A stretch of DNA of 64,000 nucleotides from a virus: IMG/VR virus record IMGVR_UViG_3300049491_000357, positions 1 through 64,000 of that record, one strand, 5' to 3'. Made by a program: the position numbers and the translations under genes. This document shows positions 38,356-47,958 of this stretch, piece after piece. The notes under the pieces are model-generated. The model was not told the DNA's origin. It saw only the letters and a program-made list of their open reading frames with translations, and did no database searches. Each line of letters starts with the position of its first letter. The stretch's first letter is position 1.

Positions 38356-40695
38356 TCAGAATATCGCCGAAAAGGCAGCCTCAAATGCAGCGACATCGAC
38401 AGCTAGGTAAGCCAACGTGATGCTGGCTGTGTAGCCGCTTGGCCCAGAGGGGGGCTCGTTTTGAGCCACGTCCAGTGCATCGAACCACTGCCCCACATCT
38501 CCGGTGAGCCCCGTCACAGACAAGAAGTAAAAGCCAGCGGAAAGGCTCTCGATGTAGTTCAGGATTTCAATGAGGAACTGAATGAACCGCTCAAGCACAT
38601 CAATTTTGCGGATCAACAACTCAATAAACGCCTTCAGCTCCTCAATGACCCCCTTGAAGGCATCATACAGGGCTTGGATTTTGGCCAATAGGTCATAGAG
38701 CAGTTGGCCTGACCAAGGCAAGATATCCCGAAGAAGGCTGAGCTGGATCCAGTTGGGAGGGACACCCTGGTACCCCAGAGCCAACAGGTAGTTTACAGCT
38801 CGTAGGACATTCTTACGGACGATGGGGTCACTGAAGGCTGACCCATAGGTTGCTGCGGTGTTTTGGTCTACTGTTGAAGTCCCAAACACATCGGTTGAGA
38901 ACACATCCGTCTCAAGTGCTGCTGAAGCGGCCTTTCCAACAGCGCTCTGTTCGAAGTCAACCTTCGTCAAAGCAAAGACAACTTGCTCCAAGGTAGTCAG
39001 ACCAGTGAGCGTTCCTCCTGTGGTCGGCACACCGGCAGGCAGATTATTCTGCATGAGTTGCCGGAAATTCTCCGCGAGGGTCGAGTCCACCTCAAGGAAG
39101 ACTCCCGCGAACTTCACCGCAAGACGTGCCGCTGCGTACCGAACTCTTTTCAACTGCCAAGGCATCTGGGGTAGTTGACCCGTTGCCGGGTTCGCAACGT
39201 ACTGTACAGACCCCAACTGGCCATCCAGGTCAATGACGGGCACCGAGGTGTAAGATCCAAGGGCCCCCGCCAAAGTGGTCAGGGAGTTCCGGCCGATGTC
39301 CGTAGTGGTCAGCGGAGGGAGAGGATCACCGTTGGCCGCAAACTGCGGCTTATACACAGTGTACCCCTGGGCATCCAAAACGTCATGCCCCAAAGCGTCC
39401 TTCAAAGGTGTTGCTGGGGGGAGAGGGAGATGGAAGTTGAGACTGAACGCGGTCAAGAAGAGGCGCCGAAGGACCTCAACCACATCGAACTTGGGATTGA
39501 ACTTGGGTACCTTACCCCTGACGATCGGGGAAGGTCGACCAACAATGACGGGATCATTGGGGTCTTTGGACGGCCACTCAAAGTACAACGTACCCCCATC
39601 GTTCATATTGGGGGTGATAGCGGTCAAGGGGTAAGAAAGACTCCCAATCGAAGCATTTTCAGCGAAAGACAAATTACCGCTGTATGCCCTGACACGATAG
39701 AAGTAGGTCTTGTCCACTTCGACATTGGTGTCGATGAAGCGGAATGTCCCGAGTTGACCCAAGAAGAACGAAGCAGGGTTGTTTCCAGGGGAGATAACAG
39801 CATACGCCTGGAATTTAATGAAGGGGTCCCCGTTTTGGTCCTTGACTTTGACCTTCCTTGGGATCTGTTTGTTGGCAGGCACCCCAGGAGCTGGACGAGG
39901 ATTGATGAACCCCGTCATCACAGTCCCAGTGACTTGGCCCGCCTCAGCCGGGTCTCCAATCTGATCTGAACGAACCTCGTTGTTAAGAGGGATCGCCGAA
40001 CGTTCAATGAGCCACTTAGGGGGAAAGAATTCTTGAGATAGTTCTGTGGCCAACCCCTGGAAGGCAGGGTCAGCGGACGGTAGATTCGTCGGCAAAGACC
40101 ACTCAATCGCCAGAGCCTTTACCTGATTCTTGAAGACCTTGGTGACGGCCAAGATTGGGTCACCCTTCTCCCCAACTGGAACCACCCTGACATTCGAGGG
40201 TGGTTGGTACTTGGGCTTCAAGAACTCCTGCCCGAAGAAGCGGAGGAGGATTTTAACCAGGGCAATCAGCTTAGCAGGGCCGTTAGCATCCGCGACGATG
40301 ACAACGTATCCGCCCTTGAGTGCCCCCGCGATGGGTTGCGGGCGGTTAAAGTCCTGAGCATCAACCAACGACCCCTTCCATCGGAGTTTGAACCGTTGGA
40401 AACCACCTGCATGCCGAAGAAGCTTGGGGTCGAGAAACAGGTCTGGGGTATCGAACAGAGCGTAGATGCCTGTCCGCTTCAAGGCTTCGATGAGCGTGTT
40501 GATCAGATTGAGGAGAGCCTCAAGAAGGGTCTTGAGAGGATTCCCAAAGTCCTTCAAAAACGCCTTGACCGTCTCTAGAAACGTTTTGATGACCTCCAGG
40601 TAGACCAAGAGGGTCTCAAGGATATTCCTAGCCTTTTTGAGCAGATCCTTCCCAGGGACCTGAATCGCTAGAGACTTCCAAGCGGGACCAGCCAT
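38356..40695 (-). CDS. Virion protein with N- and C-terminal amphipathic helices and a central FN3-like segment
   Basis: ILETLLVYLEVIKTFLETVKAFL... and LLYDLLAKIQALYDAFKGVIEELKAFIELL... helices; FIDTNVEVDKTYFYRVRAYS. Confidence 0.65.
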   Translation of the reverse strand: MAGPAWKSLAIQVPGKDLLKKARNILETLLVYLEVIKTFLETVKAFLKDFGNPLKTLLEALLNLINTLIEALKRTGIYALFDTPDLFLDPKLLRHAGGFQRFKLRWKGSLVDAQDFNRPQPIAGALKGGYVVIVADANGPAKLIALVKILLRFFGQEFLKPKYQPPSNVRVVPVGEKGDPILAVTKVFKNQVKALAIEWSLPTNLPSADPAFQGLATELSQEFFPPKWLIERSAIPLNNEVRSDQIGDPAEAGQVTGTVMTGFINPRPAPGVPANKQIPRKVKVKDQNGDPFIKFQAYAVISPGNNPASFFLGQLGTFRFIDTNVEVDKTYFYRVRAYSGNLSFAENASIGSLSYPLTAITPNMNDGGTLYFEWPSKDPNDPVIVGRPSPIVRGKVPKFNPKFDVVEVLRRLFLTAFSLNFHLPLPPATPLKDALGHDVLDAQGYTVYKPQFAANGDPLPPLTTTDIGRNSLTTLAGALGSYTSVPVIDLDGQLGSVQYVANPATGQLPQMPWQLKRVRYAAARLAVKFAGVFLEVDSTLAENFRQLMQNNLPAGVPTTGGTLTGLTTLEQVVFALTKVDFEQSAVGKAASAALETDVFSTDVFGTSTVDQNTAATYGSAFSDPIVRKNVLRAVNYLLALGYQGVPPNWIQLSLLRDILPWSGQLLYDLLAKIQALYDAFKGVIEELKAFIELLIRKIDVLERFIQFLIEILNYIESLSAGFYFLSVTGLTGDVGQWFDALDVAQNEPPSGPSGYTASITLAYLAVDVAAFEAAFSAIF

Positions 40696-40700
40696 ATCAG

Positions 40701-40946
40701 TAAGGACCCATACGTGAGCTTGTCCAGTTTCCGACGGAGAAGGTCAAGCTCTGCATTCGAGACCTCGATCGTGCCCCGAACCACTTCCTTCAGTTTCGTG
40801 TGGATGCCAAATTCGTTCTTGAACTGCCATTGAGCCCGTGGGGGGTCGGCATTTTCTTCCGAGCCCGATCCCTCCTCCGTTACGGGAGGGATCTTTTCGG
40901 TGTCTGGAGACTCGTCCTCCAATGTGGGATCTTCTGGGCCACTCAT
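40701..40946 (-). CDS. Small acidic protein (81 aa); ends at putative TTA stop
   Basis: ATG 40946 two nt after the upstream TGA; ...KLDKLTYGS then TTA at 40701-40703, 5 nt before ATG 40695. Confidence 0.6.
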
Positions 40947-40948
40947 CG

Positions 40949-43900
40949 TCACACCGTTGTCTGCACTGAAAGGATCTTCAAAAGGTCGTTGTACAGTTTG
41001 GTTGTAGCCGCAATGCGGTTAGCCACAGCGCGCTGGATGACATACAAACTGCCTGTTTCAAGATTCGTTCTCGCGTCAATCCAAGCATACCTCTTGTCGT
41101 AGAGCTTGTCTCTAGTTTTCACGATGGCTTCAACTTTGACGACAGGAGAGGCTGTGGGGCTGGTTACCACTGCGGTTCGGGCCGCCACCGCTGCCGCCCG
41201 TACGGGCAAGGTAGTCGAAGACAAGGGGTTTGCGTAAATGAAGGGGTCGATAACCCCAGGAGGGACGAAGACATTGGTTGTAGCAGTGATGATCCCCAAA
41301 AAGCTCTGTGTGTCAGACGAAAAAGACTGAGCATCCGCTCGGATTTGGAAGAGGTCTTGAAGGGCCAACAGGCCCACCCCAAGAGTCTGCACGATGCGGT
41401 AGGTCACAGGACCAACGACAGGGAACGGGGTCGTTATGGTGAGCTGGGTGGGAGAAACGACAGAGTCCACCTGATAGAAGCCTGCATCAGCCCCCGTCTC
41501 AACGTAGACGAAGTGAGAAGCATTGACCCCAGCCGCGATGAAGTCCTGAGAGAGATCCGTTAGCGTCGATCCGGCCACATTACCGGGATTGAGGGTCGGA
41601 GTAAGAAGATCCGTTAGCACCCCGTACGTTGTTGGAGGTAGAGGGTGCCCCTCAAAGAATCGGTCAATCGCGATGCTGACCGCATCTACAACAGACGGAG
41701 TGATGTCGTGGTCATTCACGGTGAGCACGTTAACCTCGGTCAACGTAGCCCCAGAAACCGCACTCCAGTTGGAGTAGGTGCACAGATGGTTCGACACACG
41801 ATAATTCGTAGCCACCAAAAATGGCACGGGGTGGTCAAGCTGGAGTTGGGTGGGGGACAACCGAGCTACTACCTGACGGCGCACTCCGGCATTTGCTCCC
41901 GTCGTCAAAACCACCGTATGTCCAACCTGAATGGCAACGCTCAACCCAGGGTCATCCAAGGTCGTGGCCGACGGAAACGTTGCCGTACCTGTAGCGAGGT
42001 TGGTGGTTGCTGTGATGACTGCATTTCCTACCGAGCTAGGATTCGGGAAAGCTGAGTCCACCGTGACGGTAGTGGGACCTACAGCCGTGATTCTACGGAA
42101 ACCAGACCCTGCGTTTGGTCCGGTGATGAACTCCACCAGATCGAACACTTGAGGCAAGGGGGCCGGGAAGACACCCGTATAGGTCAAGACAGTGCCCGTC
42201 ACCCCCACCGTAACACCCACAAGCGTAGTTGGAGTGGTAGTGTCCGACAGTACCGACGCGATTGCAGTGGCCTCTAGGGTGAGAGCAGAGACCTCTTGGG
42301 TAGGAGCGGGGCTCAGGATTGGGATGCTTTGATCATTGCAGTCAGATCCAGTCCCCCCATACAAGGCCGGGAATTTGTACGGGGTCTTCGCAACCTGAAG
42401 GATCCCCACAGAGTCCATCTCTAGAAACTCGCCTGCGTTGGGAGTTTGGATCTGCAAAGGGGCAGGAACCAACGGGGTAGACCCGTCAAATGGCGGGTAT
42501 GGCTTCACATAGATGAGCTGCCCCTCATTTGAGTCCACCGCGATATCAAACCCCTGTCGATAGAGCTTCCAGTACACCGTGTCGGGGGTTAGTCCCGTAT
42601 TGCAGAGGTAAACCGTTGCCCCACGAGGGATGGGGATAGGAAGAGGCCCTACCTGAATCCGTTCCGGGGAAGCTAGTACAGCAGTCACCGTCAGAGGGGT
42701 AGCATCGGAAATCAAGACGACCCCGTCACGATTCGTGATGACCACCTTCATCCCGACAGCAAAGGAAGGCCGGAAGAACGTTGAGGTTCCTTGAGCGTTA
42801 TCGACAAATAGCGTGGTGTCGCCCGTTGCAGCGTCAGACGTGATGTGTGCTCTGGGGAGTCGTCGGTAGATCGTATCGGAAAGAGAAGTCAGAGACTTCT
42901 GGGCCAAGTCCTCGATCCTGTCTCCCGTGTTAGCTCCCGTGTTGGCCCCACCCGTAGTCACCCCAAAAAGATGGGCTTTGGCTGTTGGGTACAGACGAGA
43001 AAACCCGGAGGGCTGGTACAACGCGAGGTACGTGCCCACATACGTTAGAGCCAGGGGCGGAAAGGTAAACGTGACTGGATAATCCGAGATTTTGAAGACG
43101 TCATCAATCTCGTTCGTCACCGTTGCGTAGGAGGTCCTAACCGGATTGGTGACGCTCCCATCAAAACGAAAACGACCATTCACATCCCCAATGATCCGAC
43201 CGTCTTCGTCTTCGAGAACATCCTCAAGTCGATTCGTGTTGTCGTTGAAGAACTTGAGATATGACCGGCTCACATAGTCGACGTTAGCCATGTGTCCCTC
43301 AGTAAAGAACAGAGACTCTCGTCCTTGTTGGTACAACGTAGGGGTAGAGGCATTTGAGGTTGTAGGTCCACCAGAAGGGGAACTTCCTTGTGCACTCTGT
43401 TGCAACTCTTGCAGAACCTCCCCAGAGAAGTTCGTCAGAGTCTCAACCCGATAGTAGAAAGAGTCCTCTGAGACCAAGGAATAGTCAGCTTTGAGTATCT
43501 GTCCTTCCAGCCCGTTTGAACTAGAAGGTGTGATCAAAGCCACATAGCTTGCCCGCAAACGAACACCAGCTTGTACGATGCGGTACCCGGTGTACAGAAT
43601 GCTCAAAGACTCGTTTACCCGAAGCGTCTGAGCATAGGTCAGCGTTCCGCTGGCATCGAGTTTGTACTCTGACGGGCTGGACAGGATTTCCCCTGGCTGC
43701 CCTTCAGTCCGCCTGAAGACCGTCACCACCTCAGACCCCAAGGGGACGTTCTTCGTGAAGGCTTGGGTCACCCCATCCTCAATGATGGGCCGCACAGACC
43801 GCTTCAAAATCATCGAGTTTGGCGTGTACTGCCGCAGTGCATTCTGAGTGAAAACGACCGTGGTTACGCCATCTTTGAACGTTGCCCCAGACACGTAGTA

Positions 43901-46900
43901 GAAGTCATACGTGGTAGCATTGTCCGTGAATAGTATGATTGTCCCTGTCGGGTAGTTGAGCGTTTGGTCTCCGGCCAGAAGCACGCGAGGCATACCCCTA
44001 GGCACTGTCTGGACCGAAGACATTTCGATCACGAAGTAACTAGGGAACGAAGGCGAAGGCGAAGTTCGGACAAGCCCAGAAGACAGGTAAAGCCGCGGGT
44101 TCACAAAATCGTCCGCAAATGTCGCCCCAAAAGCCAACGTGATCGTTGTCTGATCTGACCCCGGGTCGTAAACAGAGGACCCGATGAGGTAAACCTGTTC
44201 CTTCTCGATGCGAAGCAGGTAGTTGGGGGGGAATGTTGCCGTCTGATCCCCAACGAGTACGAATCCAGGAGCGCCACTAGAGATAGACACCTGAGCGGCA
44301 AAAATCGGAGGCTGAAGAACCGTGAAGGTCTTCTCTCCCCCAACCGCCTCGTACACGTAGTAGTCCACCAGGATGCGCTCATCGACTTCGACAACGTTCC
44401 CTGACGGGAGAGCGTTGGTCATGAACCCGACATTAGCTAGGAACTGAATCGTCGAGGTGGCACTGTGGATCGTGATCTGAGAGCTATCCTGCGGTCTGCC
44501 CCCACGAAAAACAGCAGGAGCAGGGTTGTCAGCTACGGTTCGTCCCGCAGGGTTGAACTGCACTGTGTCTGTGACCGCAAGACGAGGGTAGGGAAGAGTC
44601 AACTCTTTTCGGATGAGAAATCGGACGCGCTCTTCAACTGGAGGCAAAACGCCAGTTGAAGTCACAGGTCGATAGGTGATGAACATCTCATCGTTCGTAA
44701 GCAAACGTTCGGTCAGCTCAACGAAACCAAGGTCTTTGCTGACCCTGTAGTCAATCTGTAGTTTTAGCGCACGCGCCCAAAAGACCGTCACCCCACTCGT
44801 GATATCAACCGTAGAGAAGTTTAGATCCCCCGTCTCCAGGGATACCTCAACCGTACCCGCAGGCAGCAGACCAGGAGCAGTGAAGACAGAGTTGGTAGCT
44901 ACCTGTACAAGAGAGGCGAAAATCAAACCGAGCCGGATTCTCGTCGTTGCGATGTAGTTCACCGGTACACGTAGCCGCCGTTCGATCTGGTAGTTAGCGC
45001 TAGGATAGGACGTAAACGCTCTATCGACCGTCAGCGTACTAGCCTCGACAATCGTAACCGTACGATAGCTGTTGCTATCTGGCCCAGAGGTCAGCCGTAC
45101 CGTATCCCCAGGGAGAACTCCATCCACAACAAAGTCTGTGGAGGTGTCAGTCATCGTTGTGGGGGTGTCAAAAACGCCTGGATTCACCCCAGTAAACACC
45201 ACGACACTATTGACGATGGGCCCCAAACTACGGACTTTTTCGATCTTAGTGTTGGGATCGACCGGAACCGTCTCTTGGAAGAAACGATCGGCAATGACCT
45301 CACTGCCAGATCGAACTTCGTAAGGGGTTGCCCCAACAGGGATAGGAGAAGGTACGTCGGTCGTAAGGGTGGTGGCAGTGACAGTCGTAACACCATAGAC
45401 CCCAGCCGCCGATCCAGTTGCGATGACCAGAAGGGCTCCTGGGGTCACCCCAGAGGTGATGAAGTTGACCGAAGTATCAGTCAGGGTACTGCCAACGAAT
45501 GCTGTTGCAGTACTGTCGACAACAAGCGTCCCGAACTGATCCGTGAGAGTCACGATCGCAGTAGCAGGGTCAAAAAACGCAGTCGACCCAAGACCCAAAG
45601 GGTTAAAGATCCCCGTCCCAGGGCCCGTCTCCAACTCAAGAAGTAGATTCTCTGGCCGAACAGGTACATCCTGTAGTTGGATTGTGCCGCCCGGCTCTTG
45701 GAACGGTACTAGTTGATTGACCTTCCGCTGAGCGAAAAGAAGCTGTTTTGCCTCATAGTCGAGGATATACCCAAGGCCAACAGGGGGAGCCGGGACCCCA
45801 AGATCTGGGAGAACGCCCGTGAAGCTCCCTGTTCCTTGCTCCACATAAATGGAGATAGGGTACCCAGGATCTTGCAAGGGGGTAGCGGGAAGAAGGACGT
45901 AGGGTACCTGAATGATGGGAGAGGCAAAGACAGCCCCTTGTGTCGTGTACAGAAGAGATACGTCTTTGACGGAGGGGTCCGTGCCGTCCAGATTGACAGG
46001 AGAGCGAAAGAACCGCATCGCTACGCCACGTTCAATGGGCAGGTCACCTCTTGTGACAGTAACCGTCGTTGCTCCGTATTGAGCTTGGTCTGCGGCTGAG
46101 AACTGCACCGCCCCATCGGTTCGAAGCTGCACCTCTCCGGCCGTCCCAACGTCAAAAACCGTGACCCGTCGAACGGAGGGGAACTGGTACCCTGAGGGCA
46201 ACCGGAATATGAGATCTCCCCCAGGTGCGGGAACGGGTAGAACCGGAAGTGGTACGAGTACTGTTCCGCCAGGTGCGGAGGGGAGAGGGATCTTCCATCC
46301 GAAAAGCGTACCATCGTAGTACACAGGCTTCCCAGCGTTAGCCAGTACATCCCCAGAGTTGAGCTTGATGCGCCCCGTATTAAGCGCCCACTCAACGGTT
46401 CCGGCCACAGGATCTGGGGAGAACCCTCCCTCTGTTGCCACCTGGATAGGCGTCAGGTGAAATCCAAACCCAAGTCGGATGAGCGGGAACTGCCCAGCTC
46501 CCGGCAAAGGGTTCAGGATCAGAATGGTATCCTGAGTCAACCCAATGCGGCCAGAAGAATCCGTATAGTCGAAGTAGCTTTGCTGTTGGAACCTGACTTG
46601 TTGCCCAAGATAGGTAACCAAGTCAGCTGCCGCCCAGTTGAGATTCCCCGTTGCTTGAGACAGCTCAACTGATCCTGGGACTGGAGCACCGAAGGCCCCG
46701 TCATTGGGGACCAGAAGAACGTTAAACGTCGTCCCAGATCCAGCCCCTACGGCCAACCTGAATGGGTCATCCACTAGTACCCCAATCGGGGGTAGTACCC
46801 TCAACCTGGCTGTATTGGCGTCAGACTGCAATTCCCCAACGAGTGTCGGGCCAGATCCCGGTAGAGGCTTAAAGAGTCCGTCAGACCCATTATAGTCGAA

Positions 46901-47146
46901 GCGGCGGACCACCGCAGTCGTGGTCCCCTCATTTTTAGTCCACCCAAAGGTGGCCTGAACAAGAAGGCCCTCCGTTTGAACCACTACGAGGTAGTCCGTT
47001 CGAGAGACGCCTTCTACCCCTGGAGTGTAGTAGGCGTCAAAAGCCCCCTGGTCCTCAATGAAATCGTTAGGGGTGAAAGTAAACGGAGAGTTCGACGCCC
47101 CAACACGAGGGGGCTCCAAACAGTAACCCTTGTTGGAAAGTCCCAC
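40949..47146 (-). CDS. Very large baseplate/tail structural protein (2065 aa)
   Basis: Long beta-rich ORF between spike and wedge genes; repeated TLTD...F...GV.PGD.....G...G.Y modules; ends TGA. Confidence 0.7.
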   Translation of the reverse strand: MGLSNKGYCLEPPRVGASNSPFTFTPNDFIEDQGAFDAYYTPGVEGVSRTDYLVVVQTEGLLVQATFGWTKNEGTTTAVVRRFDYNGSDGLFKPLPGSGPTLVGELQSDANTARLRVLPPIGVLVDDPFRLAVGAGSGTTFNVLLVPNDGAFGAPVPGSVELSQATGNLNWAAADLVTYLGQQVRFQQQSYFDYTDSSGRIGLTQDTILILNPLPGAGQFPLIRLGFGFHLTPIQVATEGGFSPDPVAGTVEWALNTGRIKLNSGDVLANAGKPVYYDGTLFGWKIPLPSAPGGTVLVPLPVLPVPAPGGDLIFRLPSGYQFPSVRRVTVFDVGTAGEVQLRTDGAVQFSAADQAQYGATTVTVTRGDLPIERGVAMRFFRSPVNLDGTDPSVKDVSLLYTTQGAVFASPIIQVPYVLLPATPLQDPGYPISIYVEQGTGSFTGVLPDLGVPAPPVGLGYILDYEAKQLLFAQRKVNQLVPFQEPGGTIQLQDVPVRPENLLLELETGPGTGIFNPLGLGSTAFFDPATAIVTLTDQFGTLVVDSTATAFVGSTLTDTSVNFITSGVTPGALLVIATGSAAGVYGVTTVTATTLTTDVPSPIPVGATPYEVRSGSEVIADRFFQETVPVDPNTKIEKVRSLGPIVNSVVVFTGVNPGVFDTPTTMTDTSTDFVVDGVLPGDTVRLTSGPDSNSYRTVTIVEASTLTVDRAFTSYPSANYQIERRLRVPVNYIATTRIRLGLIFASLVQVATNSVFTAPGLLPAGTVEVSLETGDLNFSTVDITSGVTVFWARALKLQIDYRVSKDLGFVELTERLLTNDEMFITYRPVTSTGVLPPVEERVRFLIRKELTLPYPRLAVTDTVQFNPAGRTVADNPAPAVFRGGRPQDSSQITIHSATSTIQFLANVGFMTNALPSGNVVEVDERILVDYYVYEAVGGEKTFTVLQPPIFAAQVSISSGAPGFVLVGDQTATFPPNYLLRIEKEQVYLIGSSVYDPGSDQTTITLAFGATFADDFVNPRLYLSSGLVRTSPSPSFPSYFVIEMSSVQTVPRGMPRVLLAGDQTLNYPTGTIILFTDNATTYDFYYVSGATFKDGVTTVVFTQNALRQYTPNSMILKRSVRPIIEDGVTQAFTKNVPLGSEVVTVFRRTEGQPGEILSSPSEYKLDASGTLTYAQTLRVNESLSILYTGYRIVQAGVRLRASYVALITPSSSNGLEGQILKADYSLVSEDSFYYRVETLTNFSGEVLQELQQSAQGSSPSGGPTTSNASTPTLYQQGRESLFFTEGHMANVDYVSRSYLKFFNDNTNRLEDVLEDEDGRIIGDVNGRFRFDGSVTNPVRTSYATVTNEIDDVFKISDYPVTFTFPPLALTYVGTYLALYQPSGFSRLYPTAKAHLFGVTTGGANTGANTGDRIEDLAQKSLTSLSDTIYRRLPRAHITSDAATGDTTLFVDNAQGTSTFFRPSFAVGMKVVITNRDGVVLISDATPLTVTAVLASPERIQVGPLPIPIPRGATVYLCNTGLTPDTVYWKLYRQGFDIAVDSNEGQLIYVKPYPPFDGSTPLVPAPLQIQTPNAGEFLEMDSVGILQVAKTPYKFPALYGGTGSDCNDQSIPILSPAPTQEVSALTLEATAIASVLSDTTTPTTLVGVTVGVTGTVLTYTGVFPAPLPQVFDLVEFITGPNAGSGFRRITAVGPTTVTVDSAFPNPSSVGNAVITATTNLATGTATFPSATTLDDPGLSVAIQVGHTVVLTTGANAGVRRQVVARLSPTQLQLDHPVPFLVATNYRVSNHLCTYSNWSAVSGATLTEVNVLTVNDHDITPSVVDAVSIAIDRFFEGHPLPPTTYGVLTDLLTPTLNPGNVAGSTLTDLSQDFIAAGVNASHFVYVETGADAGFYQVDSVVSPTQLTITTPFPVVGPVTYRIVQTLGVGLLALQDLFQIRADAQSFSSDTQSFLGIITATTNVFVPPGVIDPFIYANPLSSTTLPVRAAAVAARTAVVTSPTASPVVKVEAIVKTRDKLYDKRYAWIDARTNLETGSLYVIQRAVANRIAATTKLYNDLLKILSVQTTV

Positions 47147-47149
47147 AGC

Positions 47150-47392
47150 TCACGCCCCAAAAGGACCAGAAGAAGCCTGAAGATCGATCCCATTCGCATC
47201 ACACGTAAGGCGAACCAAGGCATCAAAGGTTTCCTCGGATACTTGCACCTCGTGTGGAGATCCCCCCAAGTCGAAGACAGCAAATCGACGATGTTCACCT
47301 GGTACCAGGTCCCCATCAATGAGCTTTATGTCCCGAGACTCTCTCAGGTCAGTTACTGGAACAAGCAAGGAGGTTACTTTGATGTCGTTCAT
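47150..47392 (-). CDS. Small hypothetical protein (80 aa)
   Basis: ATGA overlap upstream, 3-nt gap downstream. Confidence 0.6.
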   Translation of the reverse strand: MNDIKVTSLLVPVTDLRESRDIKLIDGDLVPGEHRRFAVFDLGGSPHEVQVSEETFDALVRLTCDANGIDLQASSGPFGA

Positions 47393-47958
47393 ACGATCTT
47401 TCCGGTGCCGGAACCAGCACCAGGGGAAGGGCCAGAAGGTCCTACGATTGGTATCGGAGAAGTAAAAGCTGCAAAAGTCTTATCGAAAGCCAGCCCCAAA
47501 GCCAAGGCCATTTGAGCTGAGGTAGGACCGACCATACCCAACGTCGCAAAAGCCTGCTGAAAACTCGTGTATGCGGGAGGAGATGTAACACGTACTACAC
47601 CGGATCCGGACCCTACTCCGACAACAGTGGCCAACAAAATGCCTTGTACGAGGGCTGCCGATAGACCGTTAGCCAACCCGAGAGCCGTAAGGGGACTGAA
47701 AGGACCGTGTATACCAAACGACAAGAAGCTGGTCTGAAGATTGGCCAAAAGAAGGGGCTGAGGCACCAGAAGAGGCAAGGTAGCTACTCCGGTCCCGTTC
47801 GTTCCAGCTCCTGTGACGCTGACGGTTGCTTTAGTAGACCAAATCGATACCCCCAGAGCTACCCCCTGGGCAAACTTTGGCATGACCACCCCTATGTGCC
47901 CAGTCGCAACCAAGTTTGTGCCCAAAATAATGGCTACCGCAGGTGGAGCGAGCGGCAT
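47389..47958 (-). CDS. Gly/Ala-rich spike-associated protein
   Basis: TGATG-coupled directly downstream of the spike gene; ends GAGSGTGKIV. Confidence 0.55.
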   Translation of the reverse strand: MPLAPPAVAIILGTNLVATGHIGVVMPKFAQGVALGVSIWSTKATVSVTGAGTNGTGVATLPLLVPQPLLLANLQTSFLSFGIHGPFSPLTALGLANGLSAALVQGILLATVVGVGSGSGVVRVTSPPAYTSFQQAFATLGMVGPTSAQMALALGLAFDKTFAAFTSPIPIVGPSGPSPGAGSGTGKIV

